In this document: positions 61,594-64,000 of the stretch, in pieces
Layout: each line of letters starts with the position of its first letter
How positions within the stretch are numbered: the first letter of the stretch is position 1
Assembly: GCA_043228905.1 (NCBI GenBank)
Contig: JBHGNT010000021.1
Span: forward strand, 8,742,001-8,806,000
DNA: 64,000 nt
Source: Azolla caroliniana
Lineage: Eukaryota; Plantae; Polypodiophyta
Direction: 5' to 3'
The notes under the pieces: generated by a model
Databases searched by the model: none
What the model saw: the letters and a program-made list of their open reading frames with translations, nothing else
What the model was told of the DNA's origin: nothing
Translations under genes and position numbers: made by a program

Positions 61594-63352
61594 TGTCGTG
61601 ATGTGGCGTGCTCGAGGGTGGGAAAAACCGGCGAAAAGGGGGTAAAAAATGTTCATGTGCAATGTGTGTGCACACAAAAGCGATTAATTGTGCATATGCA
61701 AAATAAAAAGGAAAAGAAAGGGTAAAAGGGAGGTATAGAAGCTCGTGCAAAAAGTAAGAGAGAGGTGAGATAAAGGGTAGAGGGGAGACAAGCTATAAAT
61801 TTATAGAGATAGACTTACATAATTAGAAAGAGTTAGTGGGTTAGTGGATAGTCACATTGACTACTAGTTAGAGGTGCATAGTTCGAATCTAGTCTTACAA
61901 TGCAGTGTGATTTAAGGAATTTTAGTCCTTTTTCATTGAAGACAAATTTGGCGACCCCCCCTTCTTTTTTTTCCTATAAAAGGAGGTCGAGGGGGGGCTC
62001 ATTTGGAGGGACGTTTTGGGAGGAGGAGACTATCGCCAATTTTCCTTCGAAGCTCTTCATCTCCTTATTCACCACTTTTCTTCATCTCATACCCCTTCAT
62101 CCCCCCATCGCCACGTGCTCGTGAGCCCAAGCTTCGTTGGCTCGGCGTTGCTCCGCCCCGTTCGTCGTTGTGAGCCCGTGTGCTTGCCCTTCGGGTGGTC
62201 GTGGTTCGTTGGGATTGGCATATTGGTGGGGCTCGTGTGTTCGTCTTCGCCGTGTTTGGTTTTGCCTTGTCTCTAAGGGCATTTAATATTTATGTTTTGA
62301 TTGAGCTTGTGGTTAACTATAAGTTGCCATTGTAAAAAAAAAACCCTATTTTATAAAGGGTCCTCTTGCATTAGAATCAAACACGTATTTAACTCTTTGG
62401 TCAATATTGTTCGTGTTTCTTTCTCTCCTTCTTTCTTTATTCGTGTCTTTCTTGTACGTTCGGCCGTCTTGTGACGAGGGGACCGTTCGGGCTTGCCCAT
62501 GCACCTCTCCTCCTCATAAAGGCGTACGAGCATTTGTATGTGTGTTTGTGTCTTCCTTGTACGTTCGGCCGTCTTGTGACGAGGGGACCGTTCGGGCTTG
62601 CCCATGCACCTCTCCTCCTCATAAAGGCGTACGAGCATTTTGTGTGTGTGTTTGTGTCCTCCTTGTACGTTCGACCGTCTTGTGACGAGGGGACCGTTCG
62701 GGCTTGCCCATGCACCTCTCCTCCTCATAAAGGCGTACGAGCATTTGTGCGTGTGTTTGTGTCTTCCTTGTACGTTCGGCCGTCTTGTGACGAGGGGACC
62801 GTTCGGGCTTGCCCATGCACCTCTCCTCCTCATAAAGACGTACGAGCATTTGTGTGTGTGTGTTTGTGTCTTCCTTGTACGTTCGACCGTCTTGTGACGA
62901 GGGGACCGTTCGGGCTTGCCCATGCACCTCTCCTCCTCATAAAGGCATACGAGCATTTTGTGCGTGTGTTTTGTGTCTTCCTCGTACGTTCGACGTCTTG
63001 TCACGAGGGAGCGTTCAGGCGCGCCCATGCACCTTTCCTCCTCATAAAGCCGTACGGACATTCGTGTTTTTGTTATCGTCCCCTTGTGCGTTCATGTTGC
63101 GTGCTCATCTTGCTTGTACTCGTTTGGTCACTTGGCTCGTACGGTGATCTCGGAAGGTCGACGAGTCGTGATCAACGAGAGCCACCGGCCTCACAAAACA
63201 AAAGGGGAACGAGACCTTGCTCGGGAAGGGGTGGGGAAGTAGTATTGTCATAAAGCAAACCTCGGGTGGTCTTCTCTATCCCTTGAGTACTCCCTAGTCC
63301 GAGACCCCCGTGGTCCCGCCCAAGTAACACACGCGCGCGAAACTTCGCGACA
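61594..63352 (+). repeat. 3' LTR (PPT at 61581-61593)
   Basis: Direct repeat of 53493-55251. Confidence 0.97.
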
Positions 63353-63545
63353 ACGTTGCCGGTGATGTTTTCAGTCCAAACATCATGACCACTGCAACGA
63401 ACACTCCCCACTTTGTGACGAACGCTGTCTTTTCCTGGTCCGCCGGGTGCATCCGAATTTGATTGTATCCACCGAATCCGTCCAAGAAACTGTATACTTC
63501 GTGACTGGCGACTGTATCTAATACCCCTGTCTCTGAATGGTAGCG
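63353..63545 (-). mobile_element. Continuation of the host Ty3 RT
   Basis: PFRDRG..FLDGFGGYNQIRMHPADQEKTAFVTKWG. Confidence 0.88.
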
Positions 63546-64000
63546 GAAAAGCGTTGTCGTGAAGATCCATCACTACACGCAGATCGTGAGGCGGAACCAC
63601 TGGGGTTCTGGACCGAAAGGACTCGAAGTTTGCACTAGCTTTAGCGAGAAAGGAATTAAGATAGATTGAAAGAGAGAGAGATTGAGATAAGATAGAACAC
63701 TTGACTTTAGATTGAAGAACAAGATTGATACATCAATTGGATAACGAATTTCTTACTTTTAATTTCTTGATTAATATATCGCTCTCGTTTTTCTTCTTCA
63801 TCCACTCTTTTATAGACGCCCCCATGCATATGATGCATGTGAGGGTACAAGACATGCATTGAATTCATTGAATGCATGTGATGCATGTTTGCCATTTGGC
63901 GCTATCGTGAAGATTTTTGGCAATGGTGTGAAAATCACATAAAACGTACAAAATCAAGTATGAATCACATAAAACAATAATAGTGAAGATAAAATCAAAG
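63546..64000. mobile_element. Probable further LTR truncating the host RT; runs off window end
   Basis: Abrupt loss of RT homology; LTR-like composition with a TATA-like motif on the minus strand; no second copy in the window. Confidence 0.4.

Larger units (their letters stand above)
53493..63352 (+). mobile_element. Full-length young Ty3/gypsy non-chromovirus element (Phygy-like), 9860 bp
   Basis: 1759-bp LTRs TGTCGTGA...TCGCGACA, nearly identical by eye; 4-bp TSD ACGT; tRNA-Trp PBS; PPT TGGTGGGGGTGGA; gag-PR then RT-RH-IN; no chromodomain. Clade label is tentative. Confidence 0.97.

Overview
Eukaryotic, repeat-rich land-plant DNA. The mix of a Tcn1-like chromovirus, a Phygy-like Ty3 element and RTE-like LINEs suggests a non-seed plant, but this is inference. 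One host gene can be reconstructed: a 15-coding-exon mitochondrial LETM1/EF-hand gene on the minus strand (CDS 46030->30973, ~807 aa, probably with two GC-AG introns). It sits between two nested retrotransposon clusters. The left cluster (1-30 kb) holds several Ty1/copia copies of two families, solo LTRs, a chromodomain Ty3/gypsy element, LINE fragments and tRNA-derived heads. The right cluster (47.8-64 kb) holds a solo LTR with a perfect TSD, a copia remnant, and an old Ty3 element interrupted by a young full-length 9.86-kb Ty3/gypsy element (53493-63352; 1759-bp LTRs, 4-bp TSD, tRNA-Trp PBS). That element is the most interesting object in the window. Each LTR carries a tRNA-derived Pol III-type A/B-box cassette just upstream of the Pol II TATA box, plus an array of six ~105-bp hairpin-forming repeats downstream of it. 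Its gag-protease ORF joins RT-RH-IN through a candidate -1 frameshift signal (G_GAU_UUU plus a 10-bp stem), and pol is interrupted by a hAT-type MITE. All coordinates and comparisons were read by eye, without alignments or database searches.
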